A DNA stretch of 64,000 nt. Source: Candidatus Thorarchaeota archaeon. Its GTDB lineage: Archaea > Asgardarchaeota > Thorarchaeia > Thorarchaeales > Thorarchaeaceae. Shown here one piece after another: positions 41,122 to 53,391 of this stretch. The DNA is taken from assembly GCA_963726195.1 (NCBI GenBank), contig CAVSBO010000005.1, positions 1 through 64,000 of the forward strand, written 5' to 3'. The translations under genes and the position numbers were made by a program. Below the pieces are notes generated by a model that saw only the letters and a list, made by a program, of their open reading frames with translations, did not search any database and was not told the DNA's origin. Position 1 is the first letter of the stretch. Each line of letters opens with the position of its first letter.

Positions 41122-43194
41122 TTGGAAACGCCTTTGCGGTCCTCGAGAGTTGTTCACATGCTCTTCGTTTCCACAATTCTCCTCAACATCCTCATGCCCT
41201 TCCTGATGAGACTCTATGGCGCCCAAATGTACCCCTTCTACTTCATAGTTTACACATGGATTGGACTCTATGCTCTCTTTCTTGCGGTTCTGGTGCGAAA
41301 GCACCGGCTGGGCGACTACCGCTTGATTGGCAATCGGGCATCATTGATAATTGCAGTCGTCTTGACCCTACTGACACGATTTGCTTTCCTTGGAATGTCC
41401 GAGCAGATTTCCCTTGATGCTCTCTGGTATCTTGACTTCGGCACTTTCATGAAAATGGGCATGGTGCCTTATTCCGGGTTCTATTTTCCGTATCCCCCGG
41501 CATTTGCTTACGTCATTATGGCCGTTGCCTTTCTTCTGCCTTCCATAGACAGCTTCAGAGTAATCATGACCATCGCTGACATAGGTGTCGGTCTAGTTCT
41601 CTACAAGCTAGCGCAGAAGATCATCGGGAAACACTGGGGCGAGTCCACATTTCTAATCTATGCTCTGCTACCAATAGCTGTGATAGAATCCGGATGGAGT
41701 GGCCATTTCGAGGCGATTGTGAATCTCCTCATGCTAGCAGCAATCTGGTTCATGCTTATGAAACGTCCGCTGCTCACGGGTCTATTTGTCGGTCTAGCGG
41801 CCGCGATGAAGATCTACCCAGCTCTATTCTTTCCGGTAACTCTTTTCTATCTTCATGGTTGGCGTGAAAGAACGAAGCTAACGATTACTACGCTAGTTGC
41901 GGCGGGAGTAACCTACGTCCCATTCCTGGTTCTAGATCCTTTCTCGACGGCTGGTGCTGCATCAGCAGGACAGGATATCGTTGGTTCGTTCTGGTCTCGT
42001 TTGGTGGGTATCTTGGGAGAAGGCCCGGCACTTCCAATGAACATCATGGCGATAATCGCAGCATGTCTCGTCGTCCTAGCCTCGATTTGGTTTGCCTATC
42101 ACAGGGATCCTGATACCCGCTCGACGAGCTTCAACTTGGCCGTGCTCTTGTTAGGAATCATGCTTGTCGCCATGGGCGGCCTCGCTGGAATCTATCCCTT
42201 GACATCTGAATCCATTCTGGTTTCTTGGCGCTTTCCTGCCGACATTGGGATTATGAGAGGAATCTGCACAATAGTTGTAGGAGTGGCCATCATGTATCAG
42301 GCTGCACGGGGATTGAAGCAACCCACTGGCATGAGTCTCTCAACAGAATCCCTTGCCTTCTTGGGGGCTGCGATTGCGCTGTTGCTCGTGAGTATGTCTC
42401 GTACTCAGATGTTCGGATGGTATCTGCTATGGTCTCTGCCCATTTTCCTTCTTCTCAAAAACCGGAGACTGGCTCTGACGGTTGGTCTATGCTTGCTGTT
42501 AATCTATCCTGGCTACACACATGACAACTTCGCTTCACTTGGTTTCCAAGAGCAGAGCATATGGAGTAACGATATGACCAATACTGGAAACTGGTCTATC
42601 AATGTCTACAGATTAGGCATCCGTGCTGACCCGGGTAACATAAGCGCCGGGGTCGAATCCACCGAATCCGGTGCTCGCTTTTGGTTTGACACGACCAAAC
42701 TCGGAGATTCCAATTCTCTCAACGGCGTGACGCTGTGGTACACAGAAGCTGCATACATCGAGTTTGGACCCTTGACCGAATTCGCGGCTAGAATCAAGAG
42801 TGGCTGGGACCCAACCTTCGGGGAGCTCGCTGTGTTTAGGCTCATTTTTCAAGGAATCCTTGAAAACGGGACTGACGTATGGGCCACCATTGCCTCACCT
42901 TCCACTGCGCTGACGAATCTAACGTGGACCTCTTGTCGAAGCAATTTCATCTCACACTCCGAAGCAATAGGTGGCCATACTTTCAACTTGACAGTGGTCA
43001 TAACGCCCCGTGTGCTGGTTAGGTCCGGATACGAGATTGGAGTTATGTACACAACTTACGATGGACCTCTAGACACGGCATACTTACCAATCGTCGGTTC
43101 AGTAATGATTTTCGTTCTCGCATCATGTTTTCTGCTAAGGAGAGAGCTGGCCGAGCTGGAACGCTCAGAATTGGGCGTGACAATCTCTGAATAG
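41122..43194 (+). CDS. GT-C superfamily (GT87/PIG-M-like) membrane glycosyltransferase with C-terminal extracellular domain
   Basis: PYSGFYFPYPP, GHFEAI, GLAAAMKIYP, WYLLWSLP; >10 TM helices. Confidence 0.75.
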   Translation: METPLRSSRVVHMLFVSTILLNILMPFLMRLYGAQMYPFYFIVYTWIGLYALFLAVLVRKHRLGDYRLIGNRASLIIAVVLTLLTRFAFLGMSEQISLDALWYLDFGTFMKMGMVPYSGFYFPYPPAFAYVIMAVAFLLPSIDSFRVIMTIADIGVGLVLYKLAQKIIGKHWGESTFLIYALLPIAVIESGWSGHFEAIVNLLMLAAIWFMLMKRPLLTGLFVGLAAAMKIYPALFFPVTLFYLHGWRERTKLTITTLVAAGVTYVPFLVLDPFSTAGAASAGQDIVGSFWSRLVGILGEGPALPMNIMAIIAACLVVLASIWFAYHRDPDTRSTSFNLAVLLLGIMLVAMGGLAGIYPLTSESILVSWRFPADIGIMRGICTIVVGVAIMYQAARGLKQPTGMSLSTESLAFLGAAIALLLVSMSRTQMFGWYLLWSLPIFLLLKNRRLALTVGLCLLLIYPGYTHDNFASLGFQEQSIWSNDMTNTGNWSINVYRLGIRADPGNISAGVESTESGARFWFDTTKLGDSNSLNGVTLWYTEAAYIEFGPLTEFAARIKSGWDPTFGELAVFRLIFQGILENGTDVWATIASPSTALTNLTWTSCRSNFISHSEAIGGHTFNLTVVITPRVLVRSGYEIGVMYTTYDGPLDTAYLPIVGSVMIFVLASCFLLRRELAELERSELGVTISE

Positions 43195-43274
43195 TGCCCC
43201 TCAAAGGCATCTGAGGAAAGGCGAATATTCAGCAAACTTTTTCACTGATACGCGTAAGTTGCGATTGATGAATC

Positions 43275-44138
43275 ATGCCAGAGACCTTGCAATCCATCAT
43301 GGCTGAGCTCCGTTCACGTATCAACACAGAAGATACCACAACGAAGGTGTACCACAGAGAGATAGAGTCTCTCAAGGCGAAGACACAGGTTGCAATGCCG
43401 TCAGGCGGCAAAGGCACGAGAATTCGAAGTGAAACCCAGAATGATGGAATTAACAAGGTGATGATTCCAGTCGACGGGAAGCGAAGCATGATTGAGAAGG
43501 CCATAGACGATTATGCAAGTGCTGGATTCAAGCGATTCGTCGTTCTCACGGGGTATCTCGCCGACAAGGTGAAGGCACATCTGGGTGATGGGTCAAGATG
43601 GGGCGTTGAGATACGCTATTCAGACGATCCTAGCGGAAAGAAGGTGGGCAACGCAGGAGCTATCCTCAATGCTCTAAACAATGGCGCATTAGACGATTCT
43701 CTTGTCACCATAGTTCACAATCCGGACGACGTGATTGTCGGTATGAATCGTTTCTACGGAGACGTATTCTTGGAGGGGCATCTCAGAGGTCGAAAGAATG
43801 GTTGCATAGCAACCTATGTTGTAGTTCCAGAGACACCCTACCAGTACTCTGGCATGATAATAAAGAAAGGAAAAGTAGTCGATACCACCAAGTATCCCCA
43901 GATTGCAGTCCCAGCTCACACTGGCATCACGGTCTTCGATCCAGATGTCTACGAGTACTTCAGGCAGTTGGTCTCACTCGAAGTCGAGTCTTCGTTTGAG
44001 AGCGTTGTATCTCCTACGCTTGTAGAAAAGGGCATTTTATTCGCAGTTAACATCCCATCAGACAAGTGGATTCCAGTCAATAGCTTGAAGGAACTGGAAG
44101 CCGCCAAGGAAGCCTTGTCTAAGGGCACACATGAGTGA
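43275..44138 (+). CDS. Sugar-phosphate nucleotidyltransferase
   Basis: SGGKGTRI, K.MIPV.GK, HLGDGSRWGVEIRYS, GNAGAI. Confidence 0.88.
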   Translation: MPETLQSIMAELRSRINTEDTTTKVYHREIESLKAKTQVAMPSGGKGTRIRSETQNDGINKVMIPVDGKRSMIEKAIDDYASAGFKRFVVLTGYLADKVKAHLGDGSRWGVEIRYSDDPSGKKVGNAGAILNALNNGALDDSLVTIVHNPDDVIVGMNRFYGDVFLEGHLRGRKNGCIATYVVVPETPYQYSGMIIKKGKVVDTTKYPQIAVPAHTGITVFDPDVYEYFRQLVSLEVESSFESVVSPTLVEKGILFAVNIPSDKWIPVNSLKELEAAKEALSKGTHE

Positions 44139-44253
44139 AGAAAAGACAGAGGAAGATTCCAGTGAGTGCTAGGGCCGTGTCCGCATTGAATCTGCCTCTT
44201 CTAGGCACGACGACATTGTTGTATCTGTGCAGTCTTTCGGAGGCCTCAACAGC

Positions 44254-44958
44254 ATGAAGACAGTGATAGTGCCAACTCTGAATGAGGCCGACAACGTTGG
44301 TCGTTTGATAGAATCCATCTTCAAGATTGTGGGGCCAAACAATGTATCTGTGATGGTGATCGATGATGACAGCAGAGATGGCACACAACAGATTGTGACC
44401 GATCTCAGCAAACGGTTCGAGAGCGTACGGTTGGTCGTGCGAAAGAACGAGCGTGGCCTCGGAAGCGCCGTGCGGCTAGGGGCCAGTCTTTCGGGCTCCG
44501 ATGCAGTGGTGGTGATGGATGCTGATTTTTCCCATGACCCTAGGTACTTGCCAGCGTTCCTCGCGAAGCTCGACGAGGGGTTTGACGTGGTCGTAGGGTC
44601 AAGGTATGTTCGTGGTGGTAGAATCGTGGGATGGCCGGGGAGCCGTATCGCAGTCAGCAAGATCGCAACTCTCATTGCGAGGCTGATGTTTCACTTGCCC
44701 GTCAAGGATCCAATGAGTGGCTTTGTGGGATGCCGCTCCGGACAGAGTCTCTCCGATGGTTTCAAGATTGCAGACTTCAAGTTTCTTCTCGAGATGATGG
44801 TCAGGAATCCAAGGTTGCGAGTCACAGAGACGCCCATAGTATTCCATGACAGGACAAGAGGCAAGAGCAAGCTTGGTACTTCCTCGATACTTCTGTATCT
44901 CAAATTGGTAGTCGACCTCTTTTTCCGTAGACGTAGGCGAGTGACGAGCTCGCATTAG
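44254..44958 (+). CDS. Polyprenol/dolichol-phosphate mannose synthase (GT2, Dpm1-like)
   Basis: IVPTLNEADN, IDDDSRDGT, GLGSA, MDADFSHDP, GSRYVRGG, DPMSGF, F.DR.RGKSKL. Confidence 0.9.
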   Translation: MKTVIVPTLNEADNVGRLIESIFKIVGPNNVSVMVIDDDSRDGTQQIVTDLSKRFESVRLVVRKNERGLGSAVRLGASLSGSDAVVVMDADFSHDPRYLPAFLAKLDEGFDVVVGSRYVRGGRIVGWPGSRIAVSKIATLIARLMFHLPVKDPMSGFVGCRSGQSLSDGFKIADFKFLLEMMVRNPRLRVTETPIVFHDRTRGKSKLGTSSILLYLKLVVDLFFRRRRRVTSSH

Positions 44959-45088
44959 AAGTGCGAATGGATGCGACTTGCGACGATCATGATTCTTCGT
45001 AGGCGCAAGATTGTGAGCTTCCATCGTGTCAGAGTCCTTAATAGTCAATGCAAGTCGACTGAGTGTGTCAAGCTAACAGACGGTCTGC

Positions 45089-46373
45089 GTGTTGAGTCCT
45101 TCGAGCCGAATGCCACATCTTGCCATATTGGTTGAGCATTTCCCTCCTTTCCTTGGCTCAGATAGGACTGTCTTTGAGCTTGCTAAGAGAGCGGCAGAAC
45201 AGAATGTCAAGGTGCATTTTGTTGCTACGCAACCGCTTCGATATCTACTTGGCCAGCGCCCTCCGGACTGGAAATACAAAGACAACTGGAGTCATCCGCC
45301 TCTTCGACTCCATGCCAATGTCTCTGCAAAGTACCTTCTTCTAGGCAATCGAATGCTGAGCCTCTGGCGCGTGGCAGTGCCTCTGGCGTACATCATTACC
45401 ATCATCCTGTTCACTGGGCGCGCAATAAAGGAGGTCAATCGGTGCAAGGCTGACATCGTGGTTGTTGCTAATGCTTCTCCACTCTTAGGCGTGGTTGGGT
45501 TTCTATGTGCGCGGCTTGCCGGGCGTCCTTTGCTCATGGGTTGTCCTGACTGGATGTCTGCTTATGCCGCCGGTCTAGCAGGCCGTAAGATGGACAGCAT
45601 CCGTCTGGTGCTCATGAATGCAGTCGAAATGCACCTGTACAAATGGGCTGATGGAGTGTTTGCAGTGACTGCATTCTTGGGAAAGGCGCTAGCGAGGTAT
45701 GGAGTGAAACCCGAAAAGGTGTCAGTCATCCCAAATGGTGTAGATACGCAAGAATTCTCTCCACAGGTTGACGGTTCAGATGTGCGCAGGAAGTATGGAC
45801 TCGGCAATCGTTGTGTCGTACTGTTAAGTGGGCATCTAGAAGAATGGGCGGGGGTCTCTCTCATGCGTGACTTGGCTATGAAGCTTGACAAGGAGTTTCC
45901 AGACTCTCGCATTCTGCTGGTTGGTGCAGGCTCGTCCATGACCTCCCTGCTAGAGAGGCTTGCCAAAGACAACTTGGACCACATGGTGATCTACGCGGGT
46001 CTGCAGCCTTTCGAACAGATGCCGAAATTCAACAGTGCCTGTGACATAGCGGTCTGTGTGTTCCCTAGGACTTTCACTTCTCACGCGGCTTCTCCTCTCA
46101 AGATTTTTGAATACATGGGCGCGGGGAAAGCTATAGTTGCCACGCAAGTGGCTGGCACGGCAGAAATCCTCAACGAGAACACTGGGATCCTCGTGCGACC
46201 TGACGACACTGCGGCGATATGCGATGCTGTCGTAAGGCTCTGCCCGCGACCCTCATCTTAGAACACGCCTAGGGGCAAATGCAAGAGCACTTGCAGAAAG
46301 ATCCTTCTCTTGGGCACACCTTTCACAGAGGTTTCTTGATGAGTGCTCCAAGGTCATGGAATCAAAACAATGA
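45089..46373 (+). CDS. Glycosyltransferase family 4 (frameshift ~46244)
   Basis: IPNGVD, PLKIFEYMGAGKAIVAT; removing one C restores RTRLGANARALAERSFSW...* (TGA 46371-46373). Confidence 0.9.
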
Positions 46374-46382
46374 TGGAGTAAC

Positions 46383-47615
46383 CTAGGGCAGTGTCATTGT
46401 TATCCGATAATTGCTCATCGTCCTTCTGATAGCCAGAGCCCATGTTTCGGTTTTCGCATATTGCCTGAGTCTTTCACCAATCTTCGCGGCTGAATCGGCA
46501 TCGCTCAGGATGTGCACCAGTTTCTCAGCCATGTCTTCCGTGCGTCCTGCTTGAAAGAGGACGAGAGCACCCCCGAGTGACTCTCTCATATGATGTCCCG
46601 TGTTGGAAGCAGCTATTGGGACGCCATATCCTGCTGCGCCGTGAGCAGGTCCGCTGGCACCAACACTTTCCACATACGGCAACAGGATTACTGACGCGGC
46701 CGACATATACGTCGGTACCTCCTCCTCAGGAATGAACTTCGTATCAAATCTCACAACGTCGTTGAGGGAAAGCGAAGATGCGCTTTCATGAAGCTCAGTA
46801 AGGTACTGCAAATCTTGCTTATCCAGAGGTGCACCGGCGATCAACAAGACCGAATCTGGTACAACCTTGTGCACATCGTTCATTGCCAGCAGAGCTTTCT
46901 CTAGCCCTTTTCCTCGCCGGATGAATCCAAAAACCAGAATGACCTTCTTCCCTGGGAGGCCCAGATTCTCAAGTGCCGATTCTCGGTCAATTACCCTCTG
47001 AGGAAGTCGGCAAGGCATGGGTATCTCCAGAGTTTTCTTCTCTTGGAACCCCCATTCCGCAAGGAATCTCTCTCTGAGCGTCGAGCCGGTTTTCACAGTG
47101 CTGAGCTGAACTGAGCTGGTTCCGAAATCGAGCAACCGCATGTAAATCCGGAACAGTGCCGGAGCCAGAACCGAGAGCCCACCGATTGTCCTGTATCCTC
47201 TGACCCGTTTCTGTAACTGGTCGCGCATCCAGGTGCTGTGAAGGGTCATTGTTGTCTTGATACCTAGCGCCCTAAGCAGGATTAGGAGTAGCAACATTGG
47301 TTCTCCGAAGAGTCCTCCGTAAACCTTCCCGTATGGTCCAAACTGAACATGGACGATATGCGGTCTCAACTTGCTGAGTATTCTCAGAAGCCTGAATGGA
47401 TACATTAAGCTACGTCCATTCCATACCCGATAAATCTCGGTGTTCCTCGTCCCTTCGAGAAGCGGTCTTGCATCTCGACCAGTAATGGCGAATACTCTAA
47501 TGTTGCTGATGCTATCGAGACCGTGGATTAGCTCTGCGGCATAACTGGACTCGCCTGTTCTCTGTGGCGGCAATGGAGAAATCATGGCGACTCGAAACAT
47601 CGGGCTCGGGCGCAC
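46383..47615 (-). CDS. Glycosyltransferase family 4
   Basis: FGFIRRGKGLE, FIPEEEV..YMSAASVILLPY, SG. Confidence 0.9.
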   Translation of the reverse strand: MRPSPMFRVAMISPLPPQRTGESSYAAELIHGLDSISNIRVFAITGRDARPLLEGTRNTEIYRVWNGRSLMYPFRLLRILSKLRPHIVHVQFGPYGKVYGGLFGEPMLLLLILLRALGIKTTMTLHSTWMRDQLQKRVRGYRTIGGLSVLAPALFRIYMRLLDFGTSSVQLSTVKTGSTLRERFLAEWGFQEKKTLEIPMPCRLPQRVIDRESALENLGLPGKKVILVFGFIRRGKGLEKALLAMNDVHKVVPDSVLLIAGAPLDKQDLQYLTELHESASSLSLNDVVRFDTKFIPEEEVPTYMSAASVILLPYVESVGASGPAHGAAGYGVPIAASNTGHHMRESLGGALVLFQAGRTEDMAEKLVHILSDADSAAKIGERLRQYAKTETWALAIRRTMSNYRITMTLP

Positions 47616-47795
47616 GATGGTGCCCTACCTTGAAAAAGCCTTCCGAAGCCGATTCTTCAAGAGCTTGCGAAGTCTGAGTCTCGGAGCATTAGGAGTAGGT
47701 TTATTCAAGGGGTATATTGTAAAGTTCTGCGCCTTTCAGAGATTGTCCCTTGCAACAAGCCAGCACGATGAGACAGACAACCTAGAGCTGAGAAA

Positions 47796-49338
47796 GTGTC
47801 CGATGGAACTCTGCATCCTGCCAAGGGTACTTCGATTTTCCTCGTGCAGTCAGTATTCTCCGGGGTCTTTCGGCTAGGTAACATCATGGTCTTGACCAGG
47901 TTGCTGTTTTCCCAAGACCTTGGCAGGGTTGCGATAATGGGCATGGTCTATGCTTTCATGCAGTTCCTAGGAGCTTTCGGGTTGAACAACGCCTCCCCGC
48001 TTGTGGTACCTCAAGAGGAAAGAAGTGGCCAGATGGGACGAGTACGATTCTTCCTGAGGCGTTCAATCGTGATTGTTCTCATATCATCCATGTCACTCAT
48101 CCTGCTTCTCCACCTCATCTTGCCGCTTTTTGTCTCTCCACAGACTCTTGCGCCCAGCCTGCTGTGGCTGATTCTCATCATAGGACCATTTTCTTCCCTT
48201 GAGGCCTTTCTTGATTCCTTTCTCCTGGCAAGATACCATGTGGGTCCTCTCATAGTCGGGCGAATCATGTTCGACGCTTCTCGTTTTGCATTCACTGTGC
48301 TTCTTGTGGCCAGCGGCTTTGGCGCAACAGGTGTGGCAATTGGTTGGTTCATTGGTGAAATCATTGCAGTCGCGGTTTTTGGCAGCGCAGCGGCAAGAGG
48401 CTTGCCTAAGATTTCGTCGCCTATTATCATGAGACCGATTCTTGGCTTTGCTCTATCTACCATGCTCTTTCAGACAGTCGATGTGACAATTCAGAACACA
48501 GACAGAGTCATTCTGCTGCAATTCGCTGGTTTGTCATCGTTAGGCGTGTACGACATCATTCTGGGGATGCTCTTCCTAATTCAGCTTCATTTCTCTTTCA
48601 GTCTCCAGCGCTGTGTACCCCATTCTAACGCGAACCAGAGTCAGCCTTCAGGGGCTCCCTGGCTGGGGTCGTAGCATGGGGCGCCTTGTTTCATTGCTCC
48701 TGAGGTACATACTGCTGTTGCTTCTGCCCATTTCGACGATTGCGTCGATTAACTCCTACTTAGTATTGAGTGTCGTACTTGGAAGTAGTTATGCTGACTA
48801 CCCGGGTGCATCGCTTTCATTCTCGGTGTTGGTGCTGTCCTACGTCGTTTGGGGTGTGGTGTACGGCATCCATGCCAGTCTGCGGTCACTTGGTGAAGTG
48901 AAGTTTTTTGCTGTCGTTGGCATTGGAATCGTGTTTTTTGAAATCGGAAGCTGCTGGTATCTGACATCGTTGCTGGGCCTATTCGGATCAGCGTTAGTCC
49001 GTGCGATGTACATAGCACTACTATGCATAACGGGGCTTGTGCGATTGCGTCAAAGGGGTATTGTTGGACTGGCCTCACTTGCGGTGTCAGTCGGCAGAAT
49101 CACGGCCGCCTCAATTGCCTGCGGGATGTTGGTCTTTTTGGCCGCGCCGTCGGGTTTTCTAAGCTTCCTCTTCTGGGTGGCTGTTGCGATGGCTCTCTAC
49201 GTCCTGTTGTTGTTCCTATTTCGAGAGATCACAGAACGTGACTTCCGCATTGCACGTTCCGTTTTTCCATCGTCGCTTCTGCCGCTGGTTAACAGAATAG
49301 AACGCGTATACCACAAGGGGTCTTCGGGTTCAACCTGA
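47796..49338 (+). CDS. Oligosaccharide flippase (Wzx/MOP family; frameshift ~48578)
   Basis: ~14 TM across two ORFs, TDRVIL...LGVY motif. Confidence 0.85.
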
Positions 49339-49341
49339 GCA

Positions 49342-50391
49342 TTACCATCTCTTCCACAGCCTGAGGTACTTGCTGACGAGATTATCCCAAGTCATTGATG
49401 CAGCGAAAGCGACCCCTTCTTTTGACACTCGCGAATAGAGCTCGGGATTCTGCGCAAGCACTGCAATCTCCTTTGCTATTCCCTTTGGCGTTCGATGCAC
49501 GGAGATTGGGCCTCCTTCTTTCCAAACGGCCCCCAAGTAGTGCCATCTCAGAGATGTCTTCGCGACGCCTACAACCGGCAGCCCCAGTGCCATGGCCTCA
49601 AGAATAGAGAGATATCCTGCGGCAAGGCAGATGCTGCAGCTGTTCACTATATTGATCGGCTCTGCAACCCATCCAAGGATCGTCAATTGGAGCTTTCTTG
49701 CAGCTGCAAAATCAGCCAACTCGTCGCACATGCTGCCTGACCCACATACCTTCAGTTGAGTGGTAATCCCGTATTCCGTCTTGAGGATGTCCAAGGCCTT
49801 GACATAATCTTCAATGCCTGTGTCAGGTTCGGCTCTTCCTACGAAAACCAGACCATTCCGCGGGACTACGGACAGCTGATTTGGGTTCACGGCCCCCAAG
49901 GATGTCTCATCGCATTTTGTGCCATACAGCTCGTGGATATACGGCCCCATGCAAAGGCATCCCCGGGTGAACTTTACTATAGCTCTGCGTAGAAGTATGA
50001 ACCGCATGGGCACTGGGTCTTTTTCGTACCCATGAAACGTCACATATAGCGGCTTGGACGGGAAGGCTATTTTGAGCGGAAGGCTCCACAATAGTGGGAC
50101 CGCATCATGAGCATGTAGGATGTCATAGTGGCGGAATCTGCGGCAGTTTGCAATAACCCATATACATGCCAAGATGGGGTTCCGATCCCACTGGAATGGC
50201 ATCCTGATAATATCGGATGCCTCGCCTGTTTCCATTCTTGGGAGTCCAATCTCATGGCAACTTGTCAACACAGTGACTTTCATTCCCATGCCAGCGAGCT
50301 TTGAAGATATCCCCTCGATATGCCTCTCGACACCCCCGATTGACGGTTTGTAGCGAGCTGATATCATCAGAACTCGGGCTCTATCTTTCAA
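49342..50391 (-). CDS. Glycosyltransferase family 4
   Basis: P.IGGVERH, VTFHG, FVGR, LEAMALGLPVV. Confidence 0.88.
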   Translation of the reverse strand: MKDRARVLMISARYKPSIGGVERHIEGISSKLAGMGMKVTVLTSCHEIGLPRMETGEASDIIRMPFQWDRNPILACIWVIANCRRFRHYDILHAHDAVPLLWSLPLKIAFPSKPLYVTFHGYEKDPVPMRFILLRRAIVKFTRGCLCMGPYIHELYGTKCDETSLGAVNPNQLSVVPRNGLVFVGRAEPDTGIEDYVKALDILKTEYGITTQLKVCGSGSMCDELADFAAARKLQLTILGWVAEPINIVNSCSICLAAGYLSILEAMALGLPVVGVAKTSLRWHYLGAVWKEGGPISVHRTPKGIAKEIAVLAQNPELYSRVSKEGVAFAASMTWDNLVSKYLRLWKRW

Positions 50392-50488
50392 GACATGATG
50401 CTCCTTGGTTCCGTGCCACGAAGACGCTATTTAGTTTTGTGAGTTCACAGAGGTTGCTAGGTTTCACATTGAGCGAGTACGATGCTGT

Positions 50489-53189
50489 CTAGGCATGATC
50501 GGTAATCCATAGTGACATCGATTCGATGACTACGGAACCACCAGGGTTGCCGTGAATCACGATGCGGATGTCACCAAGGGTGACATTACTGACAGGACAG
50601 AAGTATGCGTCCATGTTTCCGGCGGATACGTGGTAAATCAGGTCGCCGCCTGAATTCCATAATTCGATTCTTGTAACCCCCGCAGACGTGTTGTGAATTT
50701 CACAAAGCAGGAATCCGGCAACCACATTGAGGCCCAAATCAAAATCACCTGACCGCCGCGTGCTCGTTTCATTCTGCATGCTTCCTATCACTACACTCTG
50801 CGTATCCGCTTGAGTTGGTAATGGCTCCACCGTTGGTGGCCGTCCATGCGGGACTCAGGAGATTGGCATTCCACGCCTTTGTGTAGCTCAGGTTGTTGAA
50901 CCTGAATACGCGGGTCTGTCGACCTAGGCTATCTGGAGAGTTCTCGCCAACCAAGGTAATTGAATACACGGGCCCAGTGTGGTTACCACTATCAGGGATT
51001 GAGGTGGTATTGGTCCATAATGGCAGAGAAGCACCCACTGCAATTGGATACTCCAGAAGCTCACGAATGGTCTGCCAGTGAGCAATAGTGAAAGGATCAA
51101 CAACCAAATAGCTTGCATTGTATTGTTTTGCCAGTGCGATTATCTCGTTATTCGCGTTGGCAGTTGGGAGACCTACTCGACTGAATGAGAGAATCGCCGA
51201 ATGTCTGCCAGTTAGCCATGTGAACTCTCTACCCCTGTCTGCCAGATACACTGCACTGATACTGCCCGTTTGACTAACAATCGCTGTAAGATTCTGCCAA
51301 GTATATCTCTGTTCGATATTGGTGATATCCAATCCGTACGGGATAGCTACGTACCCCGGCAAATAACCAACTGCAATGATTGCAACAAGCATGAGCGCTC
51401 TTCTTCGTCTCTTTGACATCATCTTACTCGGGGGTCCAGAGATGTCATTTGTTCCTTCCACCGATTCTCGGAAGGCAAAATACGGTCCGAGTGACATGAT
51501 AAACAGAATTGTCGCAAAAAGAAAGAACCTCGAGTCAGAGTAGATGTATTGAAGCTGGAGGCTATCCTGAACAGTGCTCAGTACTTTCAGAGTTCCTGCA
51601 GCGGCCGCTACGGCCGAAGCTACTAGCACAAACGCCATCTGCCTGTTGTGACCTCGAGCCATTGCGACAGGGATCATGCAAGTCAGCACTATCGAAAGGT
51701 GGAATATGAGAAAGAATGCAAAGCTTGCTACAATGGTTGGTGTCAGTGGCGCCAGGATCGCGGAAACGAGCTGCTCAGCCTGAGCGGCTCCCGTGTGTCC
51801 TGCAATTTCGCCTGCTATCTGAAGTGGCCATAGCCATGCAATCTCGGTAATCATGATTCCAATGAACATGGGCGCGAACCTTTGAACGCCAATCTTGGGA
51901 CGGAGAATCCTCATGATCACAAGAACTATGTATACAAACGCCCACACCCCAAAGAAGACGAAGATGTCGGCGAGATACAGTCTCGCCACCAAGACGAAAG
52001 GCAGAAGCAAAGAAAAAGACAACTCTCGTCTCTTCCTGAGGCTTCCCGTAACCAAGAACACCGCCGGAAGTGTGATGCATATCAGGTAGAAGTTTGCGTA
52101 CCAGATAGCATCGATAAGTCCCATGAGAACCCCGATAGTCAGTAGTATTCCTGCGCCGCCCTCTCGGCATTCTACAAGCAGAAGAATCGCAAACATGACG
52201 AAAAGAAGGCTAGATATTTCTGGCCCGTATGCAACAGCTGAATGAAATACAAAGAGTGGGTGAATCGCTACTAGGCTCGTTGACCAAATCGCTGCGGTAC
52301 TCCCAAACCAACGTTCTGTTAATGAGAAACACGGGAAAAGAAGTACTAGTCCTATCAGGACTAGAATCAATGTTGGTCCGGAGGTACCGGGGGAAGCCAA
52401 TAGCCAAGACAAGGCGAAAATATAGGTAGTCGCTTGGTGAACGATATAATCTACTCCCGTACCAACTGCTATGACTGCACTGTCGTTCGAGACTGAGGAC
52501 TGGAAGATGCCGTTCATGATTCCCCTCGCATAGTCTGCGTACAGAGAGGCATCTGGAGCGATGCAGTTCTGTGCAAAGCAGAGTAACATCACACGTGCCA
52601 GTAACCCCAGACCAAGAATGAGAACGAGAGGACGGTGCGCACCGAATTGAAACGCGCTTGAAAGATCGCGCCTCTTGTTCCAATGCCACATCAGGACCAA
52701 GCCAATCCCCAATGTGCACAGACTCATGAGGAGCATCCATATCACAAGAGGCATTCTGAGTCCTAGAAAGGCCATGTTGTATAGGAGGTGAATCTGAAGA
52801 ATCGCAAGGAAGATGCCCGAGAATATCGTGGTTCCTATGTTCATAAGGCGCTTTGGCAAGAGCAGGGTCGCCAAGACGGCCCCTTGAACTATGATTAGAG
52901 CCACAAGTCCTGAAACAAGCCTGACAGGAAAAGTAATGATGGAAGGAACTAGTGAATAAGAACCCAAGAAAATCATTGCACTGAGAATGTATGCGATGGT
53001 CAAGTGAAGGGTTGGGCCAAGCCTGAATAAAGAACCTACCCAGTTGGGCCACTGCCGGCGTCTCGATTCAGGAACGATTTCTTCTCCGAGCAAACGCATG
53101 AGGTCTCCATCCAAACGGGTAGTTGCCGGCGCAAGCCACAAAGATGACTGCTTATTATAGTAATCCCTGCCAACATCTGCTATCCTCAC
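50489..53189 (-). CDS. Large GT-C (ArnT/PMT-like, GT39/83) membrane glycosyltransferase with extracellular C-terminus (frameshift ~50795; start maybe 53099)
   Basis: PDASLYADYAR acidic loop after a TM helix, >13 TM; ORF 50489-50830 continues it. Confidence 0.65.
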
Positions 53190-53391
53190 GCAAAACCCTC
53201 ACCATGTCTGGGCATGAACGCGATTGCTCGTCATCCATGCTCCTTTCTGATTGTGAGAAAGTCTGAGTGTTCCTGAATCGGACGTCTCTTCGTTCTTGGG
53301 CGGAGATTTCCAAAATTCAACTTTGTCAAGTAATCAGAGAAGACTATTAACAGCACACTGCGTAAGTTGTACTACGCCTTTCATCTGAAGA

